From Scyliorhinus canicula (taxonomy: Eukaryota): a stretch of DNA of 64,000 nucleotides. Position numbers and translations under genes: made by a program. The notes under the pieces were generated by a model. The model worked only from the letters and a program-made list of their open reading frames with translations. It was not told where the DNA came from and made no database searches. Below, in pieces: positions 37,704-50,961 of the stretch; the stretch's first letter is position 1; each line of letters begins with the position of its first letter. The stretch covers positions 6,154,182 through 6,218,181 of the forward strand of contig NC_052174.1 of the NCBI RefSeq assembly GCF_902713615.1, read 5' to 3'.

Positions 37704-39884
37704 GAGGGTTTAAACTAATGTGGCAGAGGGATGGGAACCAATGCTGGAAGTTGGAAGGTAGTAAAACAGGGACAGAAACAAAAGGAAGTAAGGGGAAAAG
37801 TGCAAGGCAGAGAAGACATAGTCAGAAATCCATAAGGGCGACAGTACAAGGTACAGTGACTGAGGGCAGCACAGTGAATAGGCCCAGTAATAACAAAAGG
37901 AATTAAACTGGAGATGTTAAGATTCAAAACAGAGGTAAAAAAACCAACATAAGTGTACTTTACCTGAACGCCCGTAGTATTCGGAATAAAGTAAATGAGT
38001 TGGTGGCACAAATCATCGTAAATGACTATGATTTAGTGGCCATTACTGAAACATGGTTAAAGGATGGTCACGACTGGGAGTTAAATATCCGAGGGTATCA
38101 AACTATTCGGAAGGACAGTGTGAATGGTAAGGGAGGTGGTGTTGCTCTGTTATTTAGGGATGACATCCGGGCAATAGTAAGGGATGACATCGGTGCTATG
38201 GAGGATAAGGTTGAATCCATTTGGGTGGAAATCAGGAATAGTAAGGCGAAAAAGTCACTGATAGGAGTAGTCTATCGGCCACCAAATAGTAACGAGATGG
38301 TGGGGCAGGCAATAAACAAAGAAATAACTGATGCATGTAGAAATGGTACAGCAGTTATCATGGGGGATTTTAATCTACATGTCGATTGGTTTAACCAGGT
38401 CGGTCAAGGCAACCGTGAGGAGGAGTTTATAGAATGTATCCGCGATAGTTTCCTAAACAGTATGTAATGGAACCTACGAGGGAACAAGCGGTCCTAGATC
38501 TTGTCCTGTGTAATGAGACAGGATTGATTCATGATCTCATAGTTAGGGATCCTCTCGGAAGGAGCGATCACAATATGGTGGAATTTAAAATACAGATGGA
38601 GGGTGAGAAAGTAAAATCAAATACTAGTGTTTTGTTTAAACAAAGGAGATTACAAGGGGATGAGAGAAGAACTAGCTAAGGTAGACTGGGAGGTAAGACT
38701 TTATGGTGGAACAGTTGAGGAACAGTGGAGAACCTTCCAAGCGATTTTTCACAGTGCTCAGCAAAGGTTTATACCAACAAAAAGGAAGGACGGAAGAAAG
38801 AGGGAAAATCGACCGTGGATATCTAAGGAAATAAGGGAGAGTATCAAATTGAAGGAAAAAGCATATAAAGTGGCAAAGAGTGCTGGGAGATTAGAGGACT
38901 GGGAAATCTTTAGGGGGCAACAGAAAGCTACTAAAAAAGCTAGAAAGAAGAGTAAGATAGAGTATGAGAGTAAACTTGCTCAGAATATAAAAACAGACAG
39001 TAAAAGTTTTTACAAATATATAAGACAAAAAAGAGTGGCTAAGGTAAATATTGGTCCTTTAGAGGATGAGAAGGGAGTTTTAATAATGGGAAATGAGGAA
39101 ATGGCTGAGGAACTGAACAGGTTTTTTGGGTCGGTCTTCACAGTGGAAGACACAAATAACATGCCAGCGACTGATAGAAATGAGGCTATGACAGGTGAGG
39201 ACCTTGAGAGGATTGTTATCACTAAGGAGGGAGTGATGGGCAAGCTAATGGGGCTAAAGGTAGACAAGTCTCCTGGCCCTGATGGAATGCATCCCAGAGT
39301 GCTAAAAGAGATGGCTAGGGAAATTGCAGGTGCACTAGTGATAATTTATCGAAATTCACTAGACTCTGGGGTGGTCCCGGTGGATTGGAAATTAGCAAAC
39401 GTGACGCCACTGTTTAAAAAAGGAGGTAGGCAGATAGCAGGAAATTATAGGCCAGTGAGTTTAACTTCGGTAATAGGGAAGATGCTGGAATCTATCATCA
39501 AGGAAGAAATTGAGAGGCATCTGGATAGAAATTGTCCCATTGGGCAGACGCAGCATGGGTTCGTTAAAGGCAGGTCGTGCCTAACTAATTTAGTGGAATT
39601 TTTTGAGGACATTACCAGTGCAGTAGATAACGGGGAGCCGATGGATGTGGTATATCTGGATTTCCAGAAAGCCTTTGACAAGGTGCCACACAAAAGGTTG
39701 CTGCATAAGATAAAGATGCATGGCATTAAGGGTAAAGTAGTAGCATGGATAGAGGATTGGTTAATTAATAGAAAGCAAAGAGTTGGGATAAATGGGTGTT
39801 TCTCTGGTTGGCAATCAGTAGCTAGTGGTGTCCCTCAGGGATCCGTGTTGGGCCCACAATTGTTCACAATTTACATTGATGATT
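37704..39884 (+). mobile_element. Internal CR1 fragment (ORF1 end, APE, RT N-terminal half), unit-2 specific, lacking a 3' end
   Basis: ORFs 38000-38467, 38467-38679 and 38627-39886; same subfamily as 738-1430. Confidence 0.9.
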
Positions 39885-40550
39885 AGCATTGCCAATCCAC
39901 ATAACCTGCACGTTTTTCGACTGTGGGAGTGTACCGGAGCACCCGGAGGAAACTCACACAGACACGGGCAGAACGTCCAGACTCCACACAGACAGTGATC
40001 CAGCGGGGAATTGAACCTGGGAACCCTGGTACTGTGAAGCCACAGTGCTAGCCACTTGTGCTATCGTGCTGCCCTATGAAAGCAGAATTTGCGAAAGTGA
40101 ATTCGCAAATTATATTCAGTGATAGGTCAAAGAGATGTAGCGGCAGATATTTAAGGGGATTTGTCAGGAGGCACAGACCAGATACATTTTAATGAGTAAG
40201 AAAAAGTCCAGGAGATGGACACACAATCCGTGATCAACTATAAATGTTAAAGATAGTGTCAAACCTAAAGCAAAGATATATAACCCAGCAAAGACAGGTG
40301 GAATGTCAAACGATTGGACAGAATATAAGGAAGAACAAATGGTGAATTAAGATTAACACAGGGAGGATAATTAGTGTGCGAGCAAAAGCTAGCCATAAGT
40401 ACATAACCATACTAGGAGTTTCCATAAATATTTTTGAAATTAGAAAGTGAGCGTTGCTCCAATAAAAAGTGAATCTGGAGAATTGATAATGGGAACAAGA
40501 AGATGGTAGGTGAATTGAACAGGTACCTTGCATCAATCTTCACTGTAGAG

Positions 40551-42258
40551 CAATGGTTCTCAACCAGGGTCCACATGGACCCTGGGGGTCCATGTAACAT
40601 TACTGGGGGTCCACACAAATAAAATACCGAATTGGGGGTCCACGGTGATATTTTAGTGGTCCATAGAGCAATTCTACTTCAGAACAAATTAGACTCTCTC
40701 TCTCTCGCACTGACAAAGGTCAAAGAGAGATTATAATCTATCTAATTTACCTTGAGGGCTGAAGGAGCTCAGAACCAAAAAGGTGCATTTGCTGTGGCCC
40801 TAATTGTCCCACTAATCTCCCTTGGATTAGTTTACCACGCTACTGAAGGAAGAATTAACGGCATTGACTTCTTTAGAAACAGAAACGATTTCGGTTGAAA
40901 CTATCAACTCTCAGGGGCTATAAATGACTGGCAAATACAAAGGTTTTATTACATTCTTGAAAAAGGCTGTCCCCGAAGTATTTTGCATACACTGTGTGAT
41001 ACACCGTCAACACTTAGTTGCAAAGCAATTGGGCGGACGTCTGCATGATGCCCTTAGTGTTGTGATAAAAGTGGTTAACCATATTAAGTCAAATTCTCAT
41101 CGAGATCGCTTCTTTCGTGAATTCTGCAGAGAAAATGGGGAAGAGTTTGAACGCCTTGTAATGCATACTGAGGTGAGGTGGTTATCAAAGGGGAATTGCC
41201 TTCATCGTTTTACTGAACTTTGGGACTCTATTGTCTTATTTCTGGCTAACACCCAGCTTGGAGAACAACTGCTTGCAGCTAAATGTAATGTATTTTACTT
41301 ATCTGATATATTTGAAAAAATCAATTTACTTAATAAACAGCTCCAAGGAAAACATTCTGATCTCATATCCAGTAAAGGTGTTATTACTGCTTTTCTGATA
41401 AAACTGCCGCTGTACAAAATTAATATCAGACGTCGTGCATTTGAACAGTTTCCTTGTTTGACCTAGATTAGCAGCGACTTGCACGATGATGACCTTGCAT
41501 TGTATGCTGAATATTTGGAAACATTGCATGAAAATATGCAAGCTCGGTTTAGTGACCTACTCATGATGGATATACCAACTTGGGTGGCAATTCCTTTTGA
41601 AGTTAATGCTGCCGATGTAGACATTTCTTTACAGGAGACCCTCATTGAATTACAAAATGATGAAATATTGCACGAAAAATTCAAAGATGGGAAGCATAAT
41701 ATATGGAAAACAAATGACACTGCTAAAAAGTACCCACTACTCTGGGATAAAGCACAGCTCTAGGTTATAGCTTTTCCATCATCTTACCTTGTTGAATCAG
41801 GATTTAGTCATGTTCTTCACTTATTACCAAAAGCTCGTAATAGACTCGACATTGTGAAAAAGGGTGATCTTCGACTATCATTGACCGCGATGGAGCCGAA
41901 TATAAAAAAACTCGCTGAGCAGCATCAACCACAGGGATCTCATTGAATAAACCTGCATTTATTTCTTAATTACTCACTTAGGCCTATCTTAAAATGGTTT
42001 ATTATGAATTATTTACTAGTGTACATAATGCTCTATAGAATTTAATTGTTAAATATGTTTATTTGCAATAAATTAGTTTTCCTTCAAAATAAAGCATAAT
42101 CATTTACTATTTCTTTAATATTTGATACAATTTCTTTACTTTTCTGTTAGTGAAAAATATAAGAAGCTTTTTTTTCTGTGTGGAATGGCTATGGGGGTCC
42201 ACAAAAAAAAATTAAGAGGAAAAGGGGTCCATGGTTTAAAAAAGGTTGAGAACCACTG
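40551..42258 (+). mobile_element. hAT-Charlie/Buster DNA transposon, internally deleted, with a decayed transposase
   Basis: TIRs CAATGGTTCTCAACC / GGTTGAGAACCACTG; 8-bp TSD CTGTAGAG (40543-40550, 42259-42266); empty site at ~15558; motifs HCVIHRQHL and HTEVRWLSKG. Confidence 0.93.
40924..41946 (+). pseudogene. Truncated hAT (ZBED8/SCAND3-like) transposase with in-frame stops
   Basis: One frame interrupted by TAG at 41464 and 41761, ending FPSSYLVESGFS...HQPQGSH*. Confidence 0.85.
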
Positions 42259-42805
42259 CTGTAGAGGATACAAGCAGCACAGCAGAAGCAGTTACAAATC
42301 AGCAAATGGAAGCAATGGAGGAACGCAGGAAAAGTACAATCACCAGGCAAGTGAGACTGATGGGGCGACATTTCTGGAACTGCAGATTGTCAGATGATCG
42401 GGTCCCGATGGAATTCATCCTCGGGTGTTGAAACAAATGGCTGATGATTTAAGTGGTGCATTGGTATTAATTTCCCAAATCTATCTATTTTCTGGACATG
42501 TCCCATCAGCTTGGAAGATTGAAAATGGAGCGCCAGTATTGAAAAAGGAGGGAAGACAAAGTGGAAAATTACCATCCAGTTAGCTTAACATCTGTCACAG
42601 GGAAAATGTTAGGAGGTATTATTAAAGGAGATATACTAGACGTCCAGGGTATTCAGGCAAATTCAACATGGTTTGGTGAAATCGTGCATAACCAACTTAT
42701 TTTAGTTACATTTTAAAAATAAATTTAGAGTACCCAATTCATTTTTTTTTCAATTAAGGGGCAATATAGCGTGGCCAATCCACCTACCCTGCACACCTTT
42801 GGGTT

Positions 42806-45572
42806 GAACATAGGACATAGAAAATTACAGCGCAGTACGAGCCCTTTGGCCCTCGATGTTGCGCCGACCAGTGAAACCATCTGAAGCCTACCTGACCTTC
42901 ACTATTCCATTTTCATCCATATGTTTATCCAGTGACCACTTAAATGCCCTTCAACGTGGCGAGTATACTACTGTTGCAGGCAGGGCGTTCCACACCCCTA
43001 CTACTCTCTGAGTAAAGAAACTGCCTCTGACATCTGTCCTATATCTACCACCCCTCAATTTAAAGCTATGTCCCCTCGTGTTGGTCATCGCCATCCTAGG
43101 AAAATGACTCTCACTGTCCACCCTATCTAACCCTTTGACTATCTTATATGTCTCTAGTAGGTCACCTCTCAGCCTTCTCCTCTCTAACGAAAACAACCTC
43201 ACGTCCTGAGCCTTTCCTCGTAAGACCTTCCCTCCACACCAGGCAACATCCGAGTAAATCTCCTCTGAACCCTTTCCAAAGCTTCCACATCCTTCCTGTA
43301 ATGTGGTGACCAGAACTGCACGCAGTACTCCAGGTGCGGCCGCACCAGAGTTTTGTACAGTTGCAGCATGACCTCGTGGCTCCGAAACTCAATCCCCCTA
43401 CTGATAAAGGCTAGCACACCATATGCCTTCTTAACAGCCCTATTAACCTGGGTGGCAACTTTCAGGGATTTATGTACCTGGATGCCGAGATCTCTCTGTT
43501 CATCTACACTACCAAGAACCTTGCCAGTAACCCAGTACTCTGCATTCCTGTAACTCCTTCCAAGGTGAACCACCTCACACTTTTCCGCATTAAACTCCAT
43601 CTGTCACCTCTCAGCCCAGCTCTTCAGATTATCTATGTCCCTCTGTAACCTATAACATCTTTCAGCACTATCCACAACTCCACCGTGTCATCTGCAAATT
43701 TACTAACCCATCCTTCTACACCCTCTTCTAGGTCATTTATAAAAATGACAAACAGCAGTGGCCCCAAAACAGATTCATGCGGTACACCACTAGTAACTGG
43801 ACTCCAGGATGAACATTTGCCATCAACCACCACCCTTTGTTTTCTATCAGCTAGCCAATTACTGATCCAAAGCGCTAAATCACCTTCAATCCCATACTTC
43901 CGTATTTTCTGCAATAGCCTACCGTGGGGAACCTGACCAAACGCCTAACTGAAATCTATATACACCACATCAACCGCTTTACACTCATCCACCTGTTTGG
44001 TCACCTTCTGAAAAAACTCAATAAGGTTTGTGAGGCATGACCTACCCTTCACAAAACCGTTGACTATCGCTAATCAACTTGTTCTTTTCAAGATGATTAT
44101 ACACCCTATCTCTTATAACATTTTCCAACATTTTACCCACAACCGAAGTAAGGCTCACAGGTCTATAATTACCAGGGTTGTCTCTACTCCCCTGCTTGAA
44201 CAAGGGGACAGCATTTACTATCCTCCAGTCTTCCGGCACTATTCTTGTCGACAAAGACGACATAAAGATCAAGGACAAATGCTCTGCAATCTCCTCCCTG
44301 GCTTCCCAGATAATCCTAGGATAAATCCCACCTGGCCCAGAGACTAATCTATTTTTACACTTTCCAAATTGCTAACACCTCCTCCTTCTGCACCTCAATC
44401 CCATCTAGCCTGGTCGACTGTACCTGAGTATTCTCCTCACAACATTGTCTTTCTCCAGTGTAAACACTGACGAAAAATATCCATTTAACGCTTCGCCTAT
44501 CTCCTCTGATTCCACACACAACTTTCCACTACTATCCTTGATTGGCCCTAATCTTACTCTAGTCATTCTTTTGTTCCTGATATACCTATAGAAAGCCTTA
44601 GGGTTTTCCTTGATCCTATCCGCCAATGACTTTTCCTGTCCTCTCCTCGCTCTTCTTAACTCTCCCATTCGGTCCTTCCTGGCTAACTTGTAACTCTCAA
44701 GTGCCCTAACTGAGCCTTCATGTCTCATCCTAACATAAGCCTTCTTTTTCCTCTTGACAAGTGCTTCAACTTCCTTAGCAAACCACGGTTCCCTTGCTCG
44801 ACAACTTCCTCCCTGCCTGACAGCTATATACTTATCAAGGACACGCAGTAGCTCTTCCTTGAAATAGCTCCACATTTCGATTGTACCCATCCCCTGCAGT
44901 TTCCATCCCCATCCTATACATCCAAAATCTTGCCGAATAGCATCATAATTGCCTTTCCCCCAATTATAATTCTTGCCTTGCGGTATATACCTTTCCCTGC
45001 CCATCGCTAAAGTAAACATAACCGAATTGTGCCACTATCACCAAAGTGCTCACCTACATCTAAATCTAACACCTGGCCGGGTTCATTACCCAGTACCAAA
45101 TCCAATGTGGCATCGCCCCTTGTTGGCCTGTCTACATACTGTGTCAGAAAACCCTCCTGCACACACTACACAAAAACTGACCCATCTATTGTACTCGAAC
45201 TTTAGTATTTCCAGTCAATATTTGGAAAGTTAAAGTCCCCCATAACAACTACCCTGTTACTCTCGCTCCTGTCGAGAATCATCTTTGCTATCCCATCCTC
45301 AACATCTCTGGAACTATTCGGAGGTCGATAGACAACTCCCAACAGGGTGACCTCTCCTCTCCTGTTCCTAACCTCGGTTCATACTACCTCAGTAGACGAG
45401 TCCTCAAATGTCCTTTCTGCCGCCGTAATCCTTTCCTTGATTAACAATGCCACACCCCCCCCCCCCCTCTTTTACCATCTTCTCTGTTATTACAGAAACA
45501 TCTAAATCCTGGAACCTTCAAAAACCATTCCTGTCCCTGCTCTACCCATGTCTCCGAAATCGCCACATCATC
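42806..45572 (-). mobile_element. CR1 LINE, duplicate of 16105-19238
   Basis: Same junctions, without the nested SINE. Confidence 0.9.
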
Positions 45573-47078
45573 GAGGGGGCAAAACCCAGGCGAACACGGG
45601 GAGAATGTGCAAATTCCACACGGAGAGTGACCCAGAGCCGGGATCGAAACTGGGTCCTCGGTGCCGTGAGGCAGCAATGCGCCACAATGCTGCACTTTAT
45701 TTCAGTTACTTGAGGAAGCAACTGCAGAAAAGGTGGACGCTCTGGCCTTAGATTTCCAGAAAATGCCACATCAAAGATTATTGTGGAAAATTAAAGCTCT
45801 TGATAGAGTGGGTAACAGATCAGATTGATAGAAGATTCGATGCCTAACCGGAAACACAGTGTTGACTTAATGGGTCATTTTTAGATTGGAAAGATCAAAC
45901 GGTGATCAGGGCTGGGATGTCTAATGAGAAAAGGTTGGACAGACCAGGCTTGTGTCTTTTGGATGTTAAAGGACTTGATTGAAACTTCTAAGACCCCGCG
46001 GGGTCATGAACAAGGGGTCACCCTTTGAATCAAAGGCTGTGGATCGGCCTAGAATGGAGGGATTGGGTAGTTTACTGCTGTCACAATCAGAAATGGTGAC
46101 ATTTGTGACTTTGATAAAAGGAGAGCTATTGTGTTGCCGTGTCAAACGGATCCCAGTTTGAAGATATTCAAACACGCAACTCCAGGAAAATTGGCATAAA
46201 CTTCAGAGGAACAAAAAGGTCTATTGGCGTCGGAGAGGAAATTGGTGGGTGGCGGGGTTACAGTTGCTGTGAGAATTTACAAGGACAGGGATTAAATGTT
46301 GCTTAATTTTTGAAGACGTATGATATGGCAGATTTGAATGAAAACAGAATAAAACCTGAGGGACGGGTAATCTTAATGACAAAGAAATCTATGAGTTCTT
46401 TACACTCGCGATTGATGGTGGAGTAAAGGAAAACGGAAAGATTAGCTTTGGAAAACAGAAGCTGAGGTGATTTTACATTCCAAGGTGGTCCTAGAATATG
46501 AAGACGTTGGTCATACGACAGCAGAATCTCGTATGTGTCAAGTGTTTCAACAAGATCAGGCGGGAGTTGTCTAAACCAGATTTCCGCCATATTCTATTCA
46601 ACTCTTGTGATTATCGAAGAGAGAGAGGATGAACAATGGAGAGATTGGAAATTAAGAGCGACGAAAATAATTTCTTGACAAGGAGCCCATCTGGGTCATC
46701 GAGCACGGGGACAAAGAATGTACAAAGCTGGCTGCTTGTAATGGAATGGACTGCACAATTCTTTATAACCTCAGGGTCATAAAAGGTAGAGTGTGAGGCC
46801 ATAATCTGGACGTGCACTGAAACAACCCAGGCTGGGGATAATAAAGTGGATGTCTGTTTCACCAACAGGTGAGCTGAATAAGGAGGTTTGATATTATTGA
46901 AAATAGTATCATGAAGGCCTTCTCAACCTTGTCCCTAATCGAAGGTATGGTGATCATCAGGTTAAATCACCACAAGTTACTTCTCCCCCTCAAAGGGGAA
47001 AGCAGCCTATTGCCATCTCAGACTATGGTGAATTACATTCGCATTTACCCCTTTTATAGAGCAAAGCTATCTCAGATT

Positions 47079-47678
47079 TGTTATGGGCCAGGGTTTAGAG
47101 AACACCAGAGTGTATCATGGAGTTCACCTGACCCACAACTTTGAATAGATTGTGGTAGGGGAAGCCCACGGCACACTCTACATGTGTGGCACAGCAGAGA
47201 TGAAAAAGTATTTTTTAATGCAAAACAATGTTTATTCTATGAATTCAGGTTAACCTTTTTAAAACATAGAGTGCACATCTTAGCAACCATCAATTCAAAT
47301 ACAACCCCCAAAGAATACAACACTAAGTAATCCTTAATAACTTCCCAAACAACTACCAGAAGACAAAAGGAACACCTTTTAACAGAAGCACATTAGGTTT
47401 ACATTCACTACTGACAACATTTATAATTCTGAATTCACCAAATGATCAAGAGATAGTCTTTTCATGGCAGAGAGATCAACAGTACACCTGCTCTGTCTGG
47501 CTTCAGCTCCAACACTGAAAATGAATCTGAAACACACCCTGCAGCAAACAGCCTAAAGCGGAAGTAAAAAGCTGACTGACAGCCCAGCTCTACCCACACT
47601 CTGACATCGCTGATAAACCACCATTTCTTAAAGGTACATTTATTAACACCCATTTCTTAAAGGTAATGTGACATGACA
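47079..47678 (-). mobile_element. Solo LTR, duplicate of 20815-21414
   Basis: TGTTATG...CATGACA, flanked by GATT and GATC. Confidence 0.78.
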
Positions 47679-49432
47679 GATCGCACCTGTAATCCTCAAC
47701 GTTTTGAAGAATGAGAGGAGATCTTATTGAAGTGCCCAAATGCATAAAACGCCAAAACCTGGGGACACCGTTGCAGAATAAGGGGCAGGCCATTTACCAC
47801 CGAGATGAGGAGGAATTTCTTCCGTCAGATGCTGTTGAATCTTTGGAATGCTCTACCCCAGAAAGCTGCAGAAGGTCAGCCACTGAGCATGTCAAAGGAG
47901 AGGGCAATAGACTTTTACAGACCAATGAAATTAACAGGATGAAATGAAATGAAAATGAAATGAAAATCGCTTATTGTCACTAGCAGACTCAATCATCAGA
48001 AAATGCAATAGAAGGTCATTTATGCTCAGACAAAGTTGCATATCAGACACTTCACCTGATAATCATGAACAGTGGAGGAGATGAGACACGTCGCAATGTG
48101 TTGTGGCCGAGAGTTGCCAGGGTGCCTATTCTTGAGCGAGGATTTGTAAGGGGCCAAGGATAGACCGTCAGCAGGTACCAGAAAGAGGTGTGAAACAGGG
48201 GGGAAAATATACCTCGCCTCCAACGCTCTCCAAGTGGCTCTATTGATTACCCAATATCTCAGTTACTCTACTAAACTAAATTAACTTCTCCACGACAAAT
48301 ATTGGACTGTTGAGCCTATAACTTACCAATTATGACTTCTATGTTTCCTAAATTATAAAATGGCTTTAACAATGATCCTGTACAATCTGCAGTTTCCAAA
48401 TCGAGATATATTATTACAAGATTATTACTAGATTCTAGACAGATACATGAAGATGCAGGGAGCAGAGGGATACAGATCCTTAGAAAATAGGCAACAGTTT
48501 TAGATCAAGAATCTGGATCGGCGCAGGCTTGGAGGGCCCAAGGACCTCTTCCTGTGCTGTAAATTTTCTTTGTTCTCTTCTTTGTTCTTTTAATATCTTG
48601 AGGTGTGTGAGCCAACTTTTATGGCGCTTCATGCGTCCACAGTATCATCATTTCCTCCAAAATCATCAATTTATTTCTATCAAATCTTGTCAGTTCCTCG
48701 CCTTGATTAATTTTAGATTGCTATATAGCTATCAAGTGTCTCCCATCACTGTGAAGATCACACAAAGAAAGTGCTTTCTAAGTTTGAAATTCATGATGGT
48801 CATTTAAATATCGGTTTACACTGGATCTTAGATCGTGCATGGTGCAATGCGACAGAGAATAATATATAAGGGATTTGACTGAATTTTAACAGAATTTTGA
48901 CTGAATTTTAAAGAAGGATGCCAGTTGATTCACCTTCTCTGCATCGGCCCCCAAATCAGCAATTCACGTGGTGCCACTCCTCATTCTTCATCCCATAACC
49001 CCACACACACAACGTTCTTTTCTCGTCGAGGAACGATCAATGTCTGTCGTTCACTTGTGGGAACAATCGAGTAGTTAGGCAAGAAAACGCTCACGTCCCC
49101 CCTCCAAATTTGCTGACCAGGTTATGTTAAAATTGCATGCGAGATTTCAGAATGCTTCCACAAATGGATTCGAGTACTCGTGGACAAATTGTGCTCAATT
49201 AACGTCCACATGCTTAATATTGTTGAAACTGAAATTGGAAAATTACAGTGTCGACTCGATTTATTCATCATCCCTGAACATCAAGCATGGCGTGTTGAAC
49301 AACCTTCAGTTTTGGGCGATGTTCAGTTTTTGATATGACTCGTATGGAAGTTATTAATAGCGATTCAAAACAAGAGAAAATACAGAGCAGTTCTCAACGA
49401 ACGATAGAATTTTAATATATACAGTACAAATT

Positions 49433-49746
49433 NNNNNNNNNNNNNNNNNNNNNNNNNNNNNNNNNNNNNNNNNNNNNNNNNNNNNNNNNNNNNNNNNNNN
49501 NNNNNNNNNNNNNNNNNNNNNNNNNNNNNNNNNNNNNNNNNNNNNNNNNNNNNNNNNNNNNNNNNNNNNNNNNNNNNNNNNNNNNNNNNNNNNNNNNNNN
49601 NNNNNNNNNNNNNNNNNNNNNNNNNNNNNNNNNNNNNNNNNNNNNNNNNNNNNNNNNNNNNNNNNNNNNNNNNNNNNNNNNNNNNNNNNNNNNNNNNNNN
49701 NNNNNNNNNNNNNNNNNNNNNNNNNNNNNNNNNNNNNNNNNNNNNN
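49433..49746. other. N tract (314 nt) upstream of gene C
   Basis: Run of n. Confidence 0.99.
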
Positions 49747-49806
49747 TTAAGCCGAGGCAGCTTGGGATATGATTTTGCAGCTGGTTGAATCCGCTCTCCT
49801 ATAATT
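49747..49806 (+). promoter_or_regulatory. Putative core promoter of gene C
   Basis: Near-identical to 24807-24866. Confidence 0.5.
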
Positions 49807-49894
49807 GGGACGAATCTTGTAAATGTATCAGTGAGAATCGTTCGCAACGTCATGGAGACATTTTGAACCATTTGCTCTCAGGGAAGTGAGGATA

Positions 49895-49991
49895 ATGTCG
49901 CTCAACTTTTTGACCAAGCTCAAGATTCTCTGGGCAATTGCCGATATTCAGAGAATTTACTATCCCGTCTTAGCTGCAGTTGGTGTTCCGG
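49895..49991 (+). CDS. Gene C exon 1 (MSLNFLTKLKILWAIADIQRIYYPVLAAVGVP + phase-1 G)
   Basis: ATG at 49895, donor G|gtatgt; duplicate of gene B exon 1. Confidence 0.9.
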
Positions 49992-50961
49992 GTATGTAAT
50001 GACCTACAGCAATTGGATCAATAATCTCAAATTAACAATACGTCTTATTTTAGGTTGCGTGTGTCGTTCTTTCTTTAATTATGTTTCTCATATCACAACA
50101 GTCAGCACAGTTCGAGACAAAAACTTATTTCTGTCTTTATTTATTTACTGCTCCCTCGCTCTTTCCTTCCATCCTTTATTTCATTTTCAGTCTCTCTTTC
50201 TTCATCTCTTTCTGGCAGAGCAGAATGAGAGCTGAATTGATAGATAGTGACATAGATCGATACAGATGGACAGACAGATGGATGAATGGATGGACAGATG
50301 AATGAATGGAGCGACGGACGGGCAGTTCTATGGAGATAGACAATTCGGATGGGTGGATAGGTATATGATATAGGATAATATATATGTCCTATTTTGGTTT
50401 ATCAAATCAACATATGCTCCTCTGTTCATTGGCCGCTGGACACATCTGTTCACAGAAGACTTTTTTAAAAAAAAATGAGAACACCCAATTAATCTTCCCC
50501 AGTTAACTGTCAATCTAGCGTGCCCAATCTTCCTCACTTGTACATTTTTGGGATGTGGAGTCGAAACCTACGCAAACATGGGGAGAATATGCAAACTCCA
50601 CATAGACAGTGACCCAAAGCTGGGATCGAACCTGGGACTGCGGCGCCGTGAGGCTGCAGTGCTAACCCACTGCGCCACCGTGCTGCCTGCGCACAGCAGA
50701 CTTAAAGCTGCTTTATGTACATTCTGTTCGAAACAGGGTTAGAACATAGGAGCATGAAATACCTATTCAATAACCACGGACATGATAAACTATTGCATGT
50801 TAAGCAGAGGAAGAGGACAAAGAGACATGACAATTCTTTAAAGGCCAACATAAAAAAATATCCAGAAACAATATGTTAATTGACAATCTGTTTAAACAAT
50901 AATTCAGTGGAAGCTTTACGATTAGTTGATTTGATTGGATTTTGATTTGATTTGATTTATT

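Noticed and set aside
38627-39886. 419-aa ORF as a host gene or active RT
   Set aside because: CR1 ORF2 fragment, frameshifted upstream and truncated before the catalytic motif.
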